Program-made: the position numbers and the translations under genes | In this document: in pieces, positions 49,721 through 58,416 of the stretch | Position numbering within the stretch: the first letter of the stretch is position 1 | Layout: every line of letters begins with the position of its first letter | Assembly (NCBI GenBank): GCA_002869145.1 | Contig: PKTM01000027.1 | Span: 134,243 to 198,242 of the forward strand | Length of the DNA stretch: 64,000 bases | Direction of reading: 5' to 3' | Source of the DNA: Denitrovibrio sp. | Lineage (GTDB): Bacteria > Chrysiogenota > Deferribacteres > Deferribacterales > Geovibrionaceae | The notes under the pieces: model-generated | The model's database searches: none | What the model was told of the DNA's origin: nothing | The model's input: only the letters and a program-made list of their open reading frames with translations

Positions 49721-50794
49721 TTAATCTTTGAAAAATACGGCAAGTTCATCCAGACGTGATAGACATCTCAGAAGCTTCTTCTCGAAACTGGATTCAAGAA
49801 GCTCAGGCGGGAAAAGATCTGTTAGTTCACAGTTGCCTTTTAAAAATATTTTCGTGTTATAATAATAACATACATCTATCAGTTGGTTAAACCTAAGAGC
49901 GTTGTTAAGGTGTATGAAAGGTCTTAATCCATCTATAAATATGGCCTCAACTGTATCTGGTATCTTGAAATATTTGAAAGGATGGTTTTTTTCAAGGTAC
50001 TTGTTCATAACTTCGAAATTTATCTTCGATTTAGATTTTTCAACAGCGGTGTATGCTCCGAATGCATCAAGAAAATTATCCTGAGAAACTTTCTGACGAA
50101 TTATCTTGTTCTTTTTTCTGTAGTCTTCACCGTTAACCAGAACAGCTTCAAAGTTATCAACGATATTGCCCATTTGTTTTCCGAAATTTTCAATATTGTC
50201 TACACGTCCTTTCCCCAGATCGCTCGGAAGTGTGTTTGAAGTAGTTATAACGAGTGTTTTCTTATTAATCTCTCTGAAAAATTTTGCCATAATATGAACC
50301 ATTGCAGGGTCGTCAAGCTCGAATTCGTCTATGAGCAGCAGGTTCAGCTTTGAGAAATGTTTTATACAGTTTTCTACACCAAGATAATGAAAGAAGTAAT
50401 TCAGCTCACCAAAGCTTAGAAAAGCTTTTTGTCTTTCGCATTTGTTATAGCATGCACTCAGAAGGTGGGTTTTGCCTATACCGTAACTGCCGTCAATATA
50501 TAGGTTGTCTGGTTTTGCAGAAGTGGTTTTCTGAACATCTTTTTTACCGCCGAAAAGCGAGAAACGTTTTTTGGGAGCCTCAGAAGCAGGGCCATTGAAA
50601 TCTTTCATCATGCTGAGGGTTTCTATTAGCCTCTGTTTAATCATTGACTGAGTGGGGAAATTTTCGTCAGGGATATAGTTTTCAAAAGTACAGTGGGAAA
50701 ACTTAGGATGAGGCCGCATATTGTTGAGGCAGTCCTCAACAGATATATCAAAATTAATGTCATGCAGGTCCGTATACTTTTCCACTGAGCTCAT
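49721..50794 (-). CDS. zapE: AFG1/ZapE-family ATPase
   Basis: Walker A GSYGIGKTHLL. Walker B plus downstream LLLIDEFELDDPAMVHIMAKFF...LVITTSNTLPSDL, as in the AFG1 family. Confidence 0.7.
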   Translation of the reverse strand: MSSVEKYTDLHDINFDISVEDCLNNMRPHPKFSHCTFENYIPDENFPTQSMIKQRLIETLSMMKDFNGPASEAPKKRFSLFGGKKDVQKTTSAKPDNLYIDGSYGIGKTHLLSACYNKCERQKAFLSFGELNYFFHYLGVENCIKHFSKLNLLLIDEFELDDPAMVHIMAKFFREINKKTLVITTSNTLPSDLGKGRVDNIENFGKQMGNIVDNFEAVLVNGEDYRKKNKIIRQKVSQDNFLDAFGAYTAVEKSKSKINFEVMNKYLEKNHPFKYFKIPDTVEAIFIDGLRPFIHLNNALRFNQLIDVCYYYNTKIFLKGNCELTDLFPPELLESSFEKKLLRCLSRLDELAVFFKD

Positions 50795-50871
50795 ATATAA
50801 TTACCCCAAAACGAATTATTATTGAAAATTGAGATGAATAAAAAATATATAGTAATACATGGAGAAAAGCA

Positions 50872-51642
50872 ATGGTTACAAAAATTCAAAGTGCTGTTTT
50901 AAAGGCAGGAGAGCATCTTTTAAAGGGTTTTAACAGTGTTAAGTCTGTTTCATACAAAGGCAAGGTAGATCTTGTTACACAGTATGATGTCGAGGTAGAA
51001 AAGATACTTCTGAACGAGCTCTCGTTTATGGCAGGGGAATACGGCTTTGTTGCCGAAGAGACAGCTACAGAGAAAACAGATAAAAACAAAGCGTTATATA
51101 TAGACCCTATTGACGGAACGACAAATTTTGTACACGGGTTTCCTTTCTGCTGTATATCGCTTGGTGTGTACGAAGATGGGGAAGGTGTATATGGAATAGT
51201 GTATAACCCTGTAATGAACGAACTTTATACCGCTGTGAAAGGTGAAGGGGCTTTTTTAAATGGCGAACGGATATTTGGCTCAGAAAAAACAAACATCGAA
51301 GAGTGTCTGGTTGCGACAGGTTTTCCTTACAGCATTGTAGAGCAGCAGCCCGAAGAGATACTTAGGGTGTTGCAAAGAGTACTTCAGTCCACCAGAGGGA
51401 TAAGAAGGGCAGGATCTGCCGCGCTTGACCTTTGCTACAGTGCAAGAGGCATCTTTGATATATATTACGAATTTAACCTGAACCCTTGGGATATTGCCGC
51501 AGGAGCTATCGTTGCAAGAGAGGCAGGTCTGATGGTGTGCGGCAAAGAGATAGATAAGCCTCATGACCTGTATGAAAGATTTATAGTTTCGTCAAATCCA
51601 CATTTATGCAAAAATGTTAACAAATTAATATTTAATTATTGA
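50872..51642 (+). CDS. suhB: inositol monophosphatase family protein
   Basis: IDPIDGTTNFVHG and WD.AAG motifs. Confidence 0.85.
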   Translation: MVTKIQSAVLKAGEHLLKGFNSVKSVSYKGKVDLVTQYDVEVEKILLNELSFMAGEYGFVAEETATEKTDKNKALYIDPIDGTTNFVHGFPFCCISLGVYEDGEGVYGIVYNPVMNELYTAVKGEGAFLNGERIFGSEKTNIEECLVATGFPYSIVEQQPEEILRVLQRVLQSTRGIRRAGSAALDLCYSARGIFDIYYEFNLNPWDIAAGAIVAREAGLMVCGKEIDKPHDLYERFIVSSNPHLCKNVNKLIFNY

Positions 51643-51811
51643 TATTGTTAAAAAAATACATTTTTGTTTTTAAAACAAGCATAAAGTATTATTGATTATT
51701 GATAAATATTATTATTTCTTTAAAATAAGTAATAACCATAAAACATTCAAAATACATAAATAGCTGTATTTACAGATTTTATCAAAAGAGATAAAGTTTC
51801 AATATGTTCAG

Positions 51812-52414
51812 TTGCAGGTGTATAAACATATGAGTGCCGTACTTATTTATAGTAAAAATACTCTTTACAGAGAATGTCTTAAAGAAACAGTCAATGCCCA
51901 TAGCAACGTTAGTGCTGTATACTGTGTTGACGATAAGAATAATATTGATGAAGTTTTGTCCAATGTAACACCGGAATATGCCCTAATCGACCTTTACTCA
52001 AGGAATTTTGATGAAGATATTTTATTAGAGATAAATAAACATTTTCCCAGTTTGTTATTAATATTACTGACAACAATAGAAAACAAATATATAAATTACT
52101 ATAGTAACCTATACGGCATTAAACACTTTGTCTATGCAGAGGCATCTTCTGAGGAAATTGTTGAAGAAATTCATGATATTTTATCTGGTAAAAATCAAAA
52201 CGGAAAGAATAATCATAGTTCAACCATACTGACTGCAAGAGAGTGTCAGATACTAAAGCTGATATCCACCGGAATGACCAGTAAAGAAATCGCTGATTGT
52301 TTATGCATTAGCAAAAACACAGTGGACACACACCGGAACAAAATGCTTCAGAAGCTTAGTCTCGCGAATTCAGCTTCGTTAGTTCATTATGCATATAAGT
52401 CTGGTCTCTTTTAA
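51812..52414 (+). CDS. LuxR-family transcriptional regulator with atypical receiver-like N-terminal domain
   Basis: C-terminal HTH LTARECQILKLISTGMTSKEIADCLCISKNTVDTHRNKMLQKL. The N-terminal domain lacks the acidic DD pair. Confidence 0.7.
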   Translation: MQVYKHMSAVLIYSKNTLYRECLKETVNAHSNVSAVYCVDDKNNIDEVLSNVTPEYALIDLYSRNFDEDILLEINKHFPSLLLILLTTIENKYINYYSNLYGIKHFVYAEASSEEIVEEIHDILSGKNQNGKNNHSSTILTARECQILKLISTGMTSKEIADCLCISKNTVDTHRNKMLQKLSLANSASLVHYAYKSGLF

Positions 52415-52459
52415 ACCTTCCATTAATTTAACAATTCAAATTTACGCCTGAAAACCTGA

Positions 52460-53422
52460 TCAAAGCCATTGATTATTTATTAAAAAGTACCTGAAAGGGT
52501 ACAAAACTGACAAAAACATAAACAATATTCCAAAAATAATAGCTGTAAAATGAAGTTTGCGAGAATATGCTCCTGTTATAGTTTTGTAAAAAAATAAATT
52601 TAGTCCGCTGGATGCAGATAGAAAAAGAGAAATATAAAATAGGTATCCGATATAATAATACTCTTTTTGCAGAATACAGAACGGGCATTTGTGACTTGGC
52701 AGCTGATATATATATGTACTGGTGAAAAGAATCAGGTTTGCTATTCCTGTCATGAAAAATACTACTGCAAGGCTAGCTGTTGCTTTTGGGTTTCGCATTA
52801 ACAGAGAGGTTATATAAAGCACTGAAAACATGATAAAAACCAAGAAAGCTGTAAAAGGTTTTATAGACATTAAAAACGAACCGCCTTCTGTGGTTGAACT
52901 ATAAATACTGCTGCAGCAGCTTACTACTGCTGTTGGGTCTAAATTAGCAAAATTAAGAAGTCCCGCTCCGCCCTCTATTATACTCAGCAGTGTTATAAAA
53001 AGCAGAAGTGAGTATTGTTTCTTTGCAGCAGGAAGTTTTTCGCTGGTGTTACTGCTTTGGTATATTGTTAGCCACACTGACATAAGGAATATGTTTACTA
53101 TCTTTAGCAAAAGCAGAGACATTCCATAAGGTGTAGCGTTAAGTGAACCTGTGGCACACATAGCACCTGTGAGGACGTTTGAAAGTTTGTCGTTGGTGTA
53201 TATGAAAAATAAGAATAATGGAATTTTCAGCAGAAAAATAAACTTCACTATAACAGAGGTCAGTAACCGCTTCTTTTCAAGCTCATACTGCAGAGGGGAT
53301 GATGAATCGATGTCCCACATGCGCAATATCTTATAAGCGGCTGGAGCAGTATATAAAAGAAGAAGAATCCCAAGCAGGTCAGTGAGAAGTATAATGAACA
53401 CTTCAGGTATAAGCAGCCCCAT
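52460..53422 (-). CDS. polytopic membrane protein (about 8 TM), function unknown, last gene of the nosL-like/ABC operon
   Basis: Hydrophobic throughout. Carries HKCPFC and VSCCSS Cys motifs. The start abuts the ABC ATPase stop. Confidence 0.5.
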   Translation of the reverse strand: MGLLIPEVFIILLTDLLGILLLLYTAPAAYKILRMWDIDSSSPLQYELEKKRLLTSVIVKFIFLLKIPLFLFFIYTNDKLSNVLTGAMCATGSLNATPYGMSLLLLKIVNIFLMSVWLTIYQSSNTSEKLPAAKKQYSLLLFITLLSIIEGGAGLLNFANLDPTAVVSCCSSIYSSTTEGGSFLMSIKPFTAFLVFIMFSVLYITSLLMRNPKATASLAVVFFMTGIANLILFTSTYIYQLPSHKCPFCILQKEYYYIGYLFYISLFLSASSGLNLFFYKTITGAYSRKLHFTAIIFGILFMFLSVLYPFRYFLINNQWL

Positions 53423-53423
53423 G

Positions 53424-54083
53424 TCAGACCTCTTTGTTTAAATGAATAATTTTATCAGCTATGTCGGAACCGCTTATCACAGGGTCATGTGTGGCTATTA
53501 TTATGGTTTTCCCTTCGCTTTTTAGTGATCTGAAAATATTTAGAAGTTCTTCGGTGAGTGTGCCGTCAAGGTTTGCTGTTGGCTCATCTGCAAGAATAAT
53601 TGACGGTGAGTTTACCAATGCTCTGGCTATGGCTGTTCTCTGCATCTCTCCGCCGGAAAGTTTGCCGGCAGGTACATCAATTATATTTTTAATCAGAAGC
53701 TTCTCTGTAAGCATGTTCACTCTATCAGATATTTCCTGTCTGCTCAGGCTTGAAGGAGCCAGAGGCAGGGCTATATTTTCACCGGCAGTTAGTTCTTCTA
53801 TCAGATGAAACTGCTGAAAAATCATCCCCGCTGTCTCTCTGCGGAACTCTGCTGCAAAATGTTCCGGCAGTTTTGATACATTTCTACCTGCAACCTCAAC
53901 AGACCCTTCAGTCGGTTTTATCAGCCCCGCAATCATATTTAGAAGAGTGGTTTTGCCGCTTCCGCTTGATCCTTGCAAAATGACTGTTTCCCCTTCATTA
54001 ACCCGTAGGTTGAAGTTTTTTATTGGGGTTATCTTATCAGTACCTGTGGTGTAAGTCTTAGTGACGCTGACGACTTTTATCAT
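53424..54083 (-). CDS. ABC transporter ATP-binding protein (LolD/MacB-type)
   Basis: Walker A GSSGSGKTT, signature LSGGEMQR, Walker B ILADEP, H-loop ATHD. Confidence 0.9.
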   Translation of the reverse strand: MIKVVSVTKTYTTGTDKITPIKNFNLRVNEGETVILQGSSGSGKTTLLNMIAGLIKPTEGSVEVAGRNVSKLPEHFAAEFRRETAGMIFQQFHLIEELTAGENIALPLAPSSLSRQEISDRVNMLTEKLLIKNIIDVPAGKLSGGEMQRTAIARALVNSPSIILADEPTANLDGTLTEELLNIFRSLKSEGKTIIIATHDPVISGSDIADKIIHLNKEV

Positions 54084-55246
54084 CTGATCACCTCTGCACT
54101 TGTTGATGCTGCACGCCAGGCAGGTATTATAACTGCCGAGCCGTAGACTGGAACAGTAATTAAAAAGACAGTGACAACAACACGTATATCAAAGACAAAT
54201 GGCAGACTAAATGATGGTTTAAGGTATGAGTAACCCATAAAAACATCTTTGAGACCTGGTGCATGCAAAACATAAACATATATAAGAGATAAGCAAATTG
54301 CAGTTAGGTAAGAGAAGAGACCTATTACCGATGCCTCATAAAGCTTTACCTTCAAAATATCAGAAGTGCCCCAGCCGAGGGCTTTTAATATTGCTATCTC
54401 TTTCAGCTCGCCCCCTGATGGGCCGTTCAGCCTGTCGAAGATTATCATAAAAAACGTGAAAAGCGATGTTATGAAGAAAAGAAGAAATATGCCTCCTTTA
54501 TAGTCAAACATGTTCTGGTAGGAAGCTTTTATGAAATCTTTTGTTACCACTTTCAAAGATGGGCTTATGTTTAATATCTTTTCGGCTATGGTAGATATCT
54601 CCTGCGAATTTGCACTATTCACTGCGATATCTGTTGAAAATCCGGCTGGTATCCCCAGTATCTCAGCGGCTGATAGCATGTCTGTGATGACGGTATCTGT
54701 GGAGATCATTTGCGAGCTGGTTTGAAAAGTCCCTGCTATTTCTAAGGTTTTATATGTGCCGTCAGGCATCTGAAAGCTGAATTCATCCTTGTTATAAATC
54801 TGCCTGATTATTTCGTGCAGTTTTTCACCTAAAAAAATATTTCGATTAAATTTTAAAGGTGAGATGTCTTTTGTGATCTTAGCGAGAGTTTCTGTAACAT
54901 AAGGGTCATAAATGTCTACCCCTACTATAGTTAGATTGGTGTTCAGATATTCGAATGGATAAAATCCCCAAATTCGAGGTACAGCGGATATAACACCCGG
55001 GAGCATAATAATATCTTCTGCTAATTGTTTTTTTATGTACTGCTGTCTGCCACCGGATATTTTCTGCACAATAATGTCTGGAAGGTTATTCAGAGAATAT
55101 TGTGCTTCTTGTTTCAGGGCACCTGTTATGGTGAATATAGAGAGACTGACTGCAATAAGTAATGTAAATGTAATATATATAAAGGGATATCTACCTTTTC
55201 TTCTCACCAGTGAGTGCAGTGCAAAGTCCAGTAATTTAAAGTTCAT
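54080..55246 (-). CDS. ABC transporter permease, FtsX/MacB-like
   Basis: An N-terminal TM helix, a large periplasmic domain, then 3 C-terminal TM helices (FtsX topology). Confidence 0.75.
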   Translation of the reverse strand: MNFKLLDFALHSLVRRKGRYPFIYITFTLLIAVSLSIFTITGALKQEAQYSLNNLPDIIVQKISGGRQQYIKKQLAEDIIMLPGVISAVPRIWGFYPFEYLNTNLTIVGVDIYDPYVTETLAKITKDISPLKFNRNIFLGEKLHEIIRQIYNKDEFSFQMPDGTYKTLEIAGTFQTSSQMISTDTVITDMLSAAEILGIPAGFSTDIAVNSANSQEISTIAEKILNISPSLKVVTKDFIKASYQNMFDYKGGIFLLFFITSLFTFFMIIFDRLNGPSGGELKEIAILKALGWGTSDILKVKLYEASVIGLFSYLTAICLSLIYVYVLHAPGLKDVFMGYSYLKPSFSLPFVFDIRVVVTVFLITVPVYGSAVIIPAWRAASTSAEVIR

Positions 55247-55539
55247 TTTGGGTGTTCGACCTTTTTGTATATTATAGCCGAAAAATCTGTATCCGGCGCA
55301 AAAGGGTCAACACTGAAAACAGAGCCTATGTCTGTGAGTGTTCGATATCGTTCAGATGGGGATTCTGTATATACGGAAATATCTGACAGACCTGTCAGTT
55401 TCGTGAAGGCCTGCCTGATTATTATATCCTCTGCTGATGGTAAGGCTAGCTTATAAGAGTAAGCAAAAATACCGCATGTCAGCAGCAATAGTATCATAAA
55501 ATATGCAGCAGCTCTGGATGATCTATTTATCCAGACCAT
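55243..55539 (-). CDS. small exported protein (98 aa), part of the nosL-like/ABC operon
   Basis: Signal/TM helix, then a soluble domain. Overlaps both neighbouring genes. Confidence 0.45.
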   Translation of the reverse strand: MVWINRSSRAAAYFMILLLLTCGIFAYSYKLALPSAEDIIIRQAFTKLTGLSDISVYTESPSERYRTLTDIGSVFSVDPFAPDTDFSAIIYKKVEHPK

Positions 55540-56638
55540 ATACTACATCTTTGGTTATTTCATCAAAAAGCAATATTTTACCCCCAGAGTGGTCGCTCAT
55601 AAATGTTTCTGCGTTTTTCATAGTGGAGAAAGGGATAAGTTCACGCCCCATAGGTCCGTATACTTCAGAACATTTTACATAAAAAGCCTTCTCAGCTTTC
55701 AAGGCTTTATTAGAGTAATAGTCAGTGACTAGAATCTCAGACACACGTATATTGTCAAAACCCCATTTTGAAGGCTTCAGATAAAACTTCATCATATCTT
55801 TGACACCATCAAAAGCTGCATGATTTTTCTGACCATTTTTTGTGTAATATATCTTTGATGCCCATTTAGGATATTTATGAACAAACATACCGCAAACGGG
55901 GCACTTTTCACCTTCTTTAATTGTTATGAATGATTCTGACTTATTATTATACCTTACAATATCCCACAGGTATAGTGCTACAGCCTGAAGCTCTGATTCG
56001 CTTAAAAATCCGCATCTGTTGTTAGATTTTATGTCTGCTTTAAGCTCGTTTATACGGTCAAAAAGTGTAGGGTCAACATTTTTATCACATACACTGTTAA
56101 ATATCTTTTCCCCTTTCGGGTACATCATCTTCTGTCTTTTCATGCTTATCATTGAGGTGTCTTTTGCTATAGATTTTTGTGTATATTCAAAAGCATAAGA
56201 ATAGGTTACAATATCACCGCCCATTTTTGCCTGAAAAGCCTCAGCATCATTAATATCCGCAAAAGCGATTTTACTCACTTTGCTCATTGTACCCGGAACT
56301 TTGCTGCCTAGCACATAGTTGGCAGAATAAGCAGGTATAAGCTTCTCAGTGGATGCATCAACAACAAGTATTTCTTTAACTATATCTTGCAGACCTTCAT
56401 TATCGTGAACCATGCAGCTCATTGAGCAGTACTGATTGTTGTGACCGCCTGATAATTTAAGGGCATGGTTTGTTTTATAAAACATTTTCAAACTCATACC
56501 GCATACAGGACACCACGCTTTTTGTTCGCCTTTTTGAATAATTTCAGGTTTTACTGATGCTTTTTTAGAAAAATCCATGTCAGTCGCAAACAAATTAAAA
56601 GAAAACAAAAGTGTTAAAAAAACTAAGATTAACCGCAT
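55523..56638 (-). CDS. exported protein with two tandem NosL/YHS(TRASH)-like metal-binding domains
   Basis: Two CPVCGM motifs (WCPVCGMSLKMFYK ... YCSMSCM and KCPVCGMFVHKY...). Signal peptide. GGAGG RBS before the Met at 56638, so the track's upstream Met is unlikely. Confidence 0.6.
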   Translation of the reverse strand: MRLILVFLTLLFSFNLFATDMDFSKKASVKPEIIQKGEQKAWCPVCGMSLKMFYKTNHALKLSGGHNNQYCSMSCMVHDNEGLQDIVKEILVVDASTEKLIPAYSANYVLGSKVPGTMSKVSKIAFADINDAEAFQAKMGGDIVTYSYAFEYTQKSIAKDTSMISMKRQKMMYPKGEKIFNSVCDKNVDPTLFDRINELKADIKSNNRCGFLSESELQAVALYLWDIVRYNNKSESFITIKEGEKCPVCGMFVHKYPKWASKIYYTKNGQKNHAAFDGVKDMMKFYLKPSKWGFDNIRVSEILVTDYYSNKALKAEKAFYVKCSEVYGPMGRELIPFSTMKNAETFMSDHSGGKILLFDEITKDVVYGLDK

Positions 56639-56814
56639 ATTAACCTCCAAAATCATAATATATGCATGATACAATAAATACAGCAATTGTTCAATGTATA
56701 ATGAGAATGATTTAGTATGATTTTAAAACATATGAAACCAAGTAAATTGACTAAAACTATTTAACCAAAATTAAACGTTGCAAGTAGTTAACCCGCAAAG
56801 TAAAATATCTTATT

Positions 56815-57384
56815 ATGGAGGCAAAGGTGGAACTAACTAGAGAAAATGCTTATGCACTGCTTACAGAATATACAAAAAGTGATTCACTAATCAAACATGC
56901 TCTCAGTGTTGAACAAGCCATGAAGGCTTATGCTGAAAAATTTGGTGAAGATAAGATTCGCTGGCAGATTGCTGGTCTTTTGCACGATTTCGATTACGAA
57001 ATGTACCCTTCACTGGAGGACCATCCATTCAAAGGCATCGAGATACTCAAAGAGAAAGGATACCCAAAGGATATTATCGACGCTGTGGCAGGACATGCTG
57101 AGCATACTGGGGTAAAAAGGGAAACCCTGATGGCTAAGACACTTTTTGCTGTGGACGAGCTTTGTGGTTTTCTGCTTGCCTGTGCATATGTTCGTCCTGA
57201 CAGATACATTGCAAATGTACAGGTGAAAAGCGTTAAAAAGAAACTAAAGGACAAATCATTTGCCAGAGCTGTTAACCGTGATGACATAATTCAGGGTATC
57301 GATGAGCTGGGTGTAGACACAGGAGAGCATATTCAGTTTGTAATAGATGCTCTGGCTGAAATATCTGATGAACTGGGTGTATGA
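56815..57384 (+). CDS. HD-domain (HDIG-type) phosphohydrolase
   Basis: H...HD...H...D metal ligands: IKHALSV ... LLHDFDYE ... HAEHTG ... D. A GTG start at 56827 with a GGAGG RBS is an alternative. Confidence 0.7.
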   Translation: MEAKVELTRENAYALLTEYTKSDSLIKHALSVEQAMKAYAEKFGEDKIRWQIAGLLHDFDYEMYPSLEDHPFKGIEILKEKGYPKDIIDAVAGHAEHTGVKRETLMAKTLFAVDELCGFLLACAYVRPDRYIANVQVKSVKKKLKDKSFARAVNRDDIIQGIDELGVDTGEHIQFVIDALAEISDELGV

Positions 57385-58154
57385 CAAAAAATATAGTCAG
57401 ACAGCTAAAACTGCCTGAAGGCTGCTCTGTAGAATCAGTGTTTTACGGCAGCGGCACTCTTTGTATATCTACTCAGGCTGGCTGCCATATGGCATGCCCT
57501 TTCTGCGCATCGGGCAGGGCAGGGCTTATGAGAAACCTATCTGTGCAAGAACTGGAAGCACAGGTCGAGCTTTATCCAGACATAGAAATAAAGAGGATCA
57601 CACTATCCGGCATTGGCGAACCACTGAGTAATCTTGAGAATGTGGAGCACTTTATATCAGAATCTAAATATCCAGTATCGTTAACCACATCTGTACCAGA
57701 TGCTAGCCTATTAAAAAAAATCATAAAACTTAAACATAATGGAGTAATGCTCTCCCTCCATGCCGGCAGTTTCGAAACACATAAAAAACTCATCCCTAAA
57801 TCAGATAGTTTGAACTTAATATTCGAAGCTATGACAGATATATGGGGAGAGATCTCAGGGAACAGGAAACGCAAAATAGGTTTTAATTATCTTCTTTTTG
57901 ATGGTATTAATGATACTGATGAAGAGATATCTGCTTTTATCGGGAAAATGCTGCAGTTTAAAGAGGCAACAGTACATCTTTTGCTTTGCAACCATGTGGA
58001 ACGAAGCAGGTTCAGATCGCCTGATATTGATCTGTTTCAGGAGATTTACGAAAAGATGCGTGATGCCGGACTGAATGTTCGCCGTGCTAACAATTGGCGA
58101 AAAGAAGCAGAAGGCGGATGCGGCACTCTTTTTCTTAAAACTTTGCAAAAATAA
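57381..58154 (+). CDS. RlmN/Cfr-family radical-SAM methyltransferase lacking the N-terminal ~100-aa domain
   Basis: Aligns to E. coli RlmN residues ~105-365. The resolving Cys is in GTLCISTQ, the cluster ligands CxxxCxxC in AGCHMACPFC, GIGEPL, and the methyl-carrier Cys in GGCGTL. Only ~20 aa precede the core. The start overlaps the HD gene stop. Confidence 0.7.
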   Translation: MTKNIVRQLKLPEGCSVESVFYGSGTLCISTQAGCHMACPFCASGRAGLMRNLSVQELEAQVELYPDIEIKRITLSGIGEPLSNLENVEHFISESKYPVSLTTSVPDASLLKKIIKLKHNGVMLSLHAGSFETHKKLIPKSDSLNLIFEAMTDIWGEISGNRKRKIGFNYLLFDGINDTDEEISAFIGKMLQFKEATVHLLLCNHVERSRFRSPDIDLFQEIYEKMRDAGLNVRRANNWRKEAEGGCGTLFLKTLQK

Positions 58155-58192
58155 ATATTGACACATGTGCGTTTATATAGGATTATCTCGTT

Positions 58193-58255
58193 ATGAAAAT
58201 TGCAGTTAATAATACTAACGTAAAAAACTGGTGGTGGCGTTCAACTTCTTTATAG
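58193..58255 (+). CDS. trpL: trp operon leader peptide MKIAVNNTNVKNWWWRSTSL
   Basis: 20-codon ORF with three consecutive TGG codons. It lies about 35 bp upstream of an intrinsic terminator and ~160 bp upstream of trpE. Confidence 0.75.
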   Translation: MKIAVNNTNVKNWWWRSTSL

Positions 58256-58287
58256 TAGGTTTTCGCCCATATTTAACAGATTATAAC

Positions 58288-58321
58288 GGCTGTGTGGTGA
58301 GAACCGCACAGCCTTTTTTTA
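58288..58321 (+). terminator. trp attenuator intrinsic terminator 1
   Basis: GGCTGTGtggtgagaaccgCACAGCC followed by T8. Confidence 0.8.
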
Positions 58322-58336
58322 TACCCAAAATCACAA

Positions 58337-58369
58337 GGGCTGTGTTTAAAAACGCAGCCCTTTTTTTTT
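58337..58369 (+). terminator. second tandem intrinsic terminator in the trp leader
   Basis: GGGCTGtgtttaaaaacgCAGCCC followed by T9. Confidence 0.75.
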
Positions 58370-58416
58370 GTTTAAACAAAAAAATGAAATTAATATAAAA
58401 GGAACAAGGAGACAAA

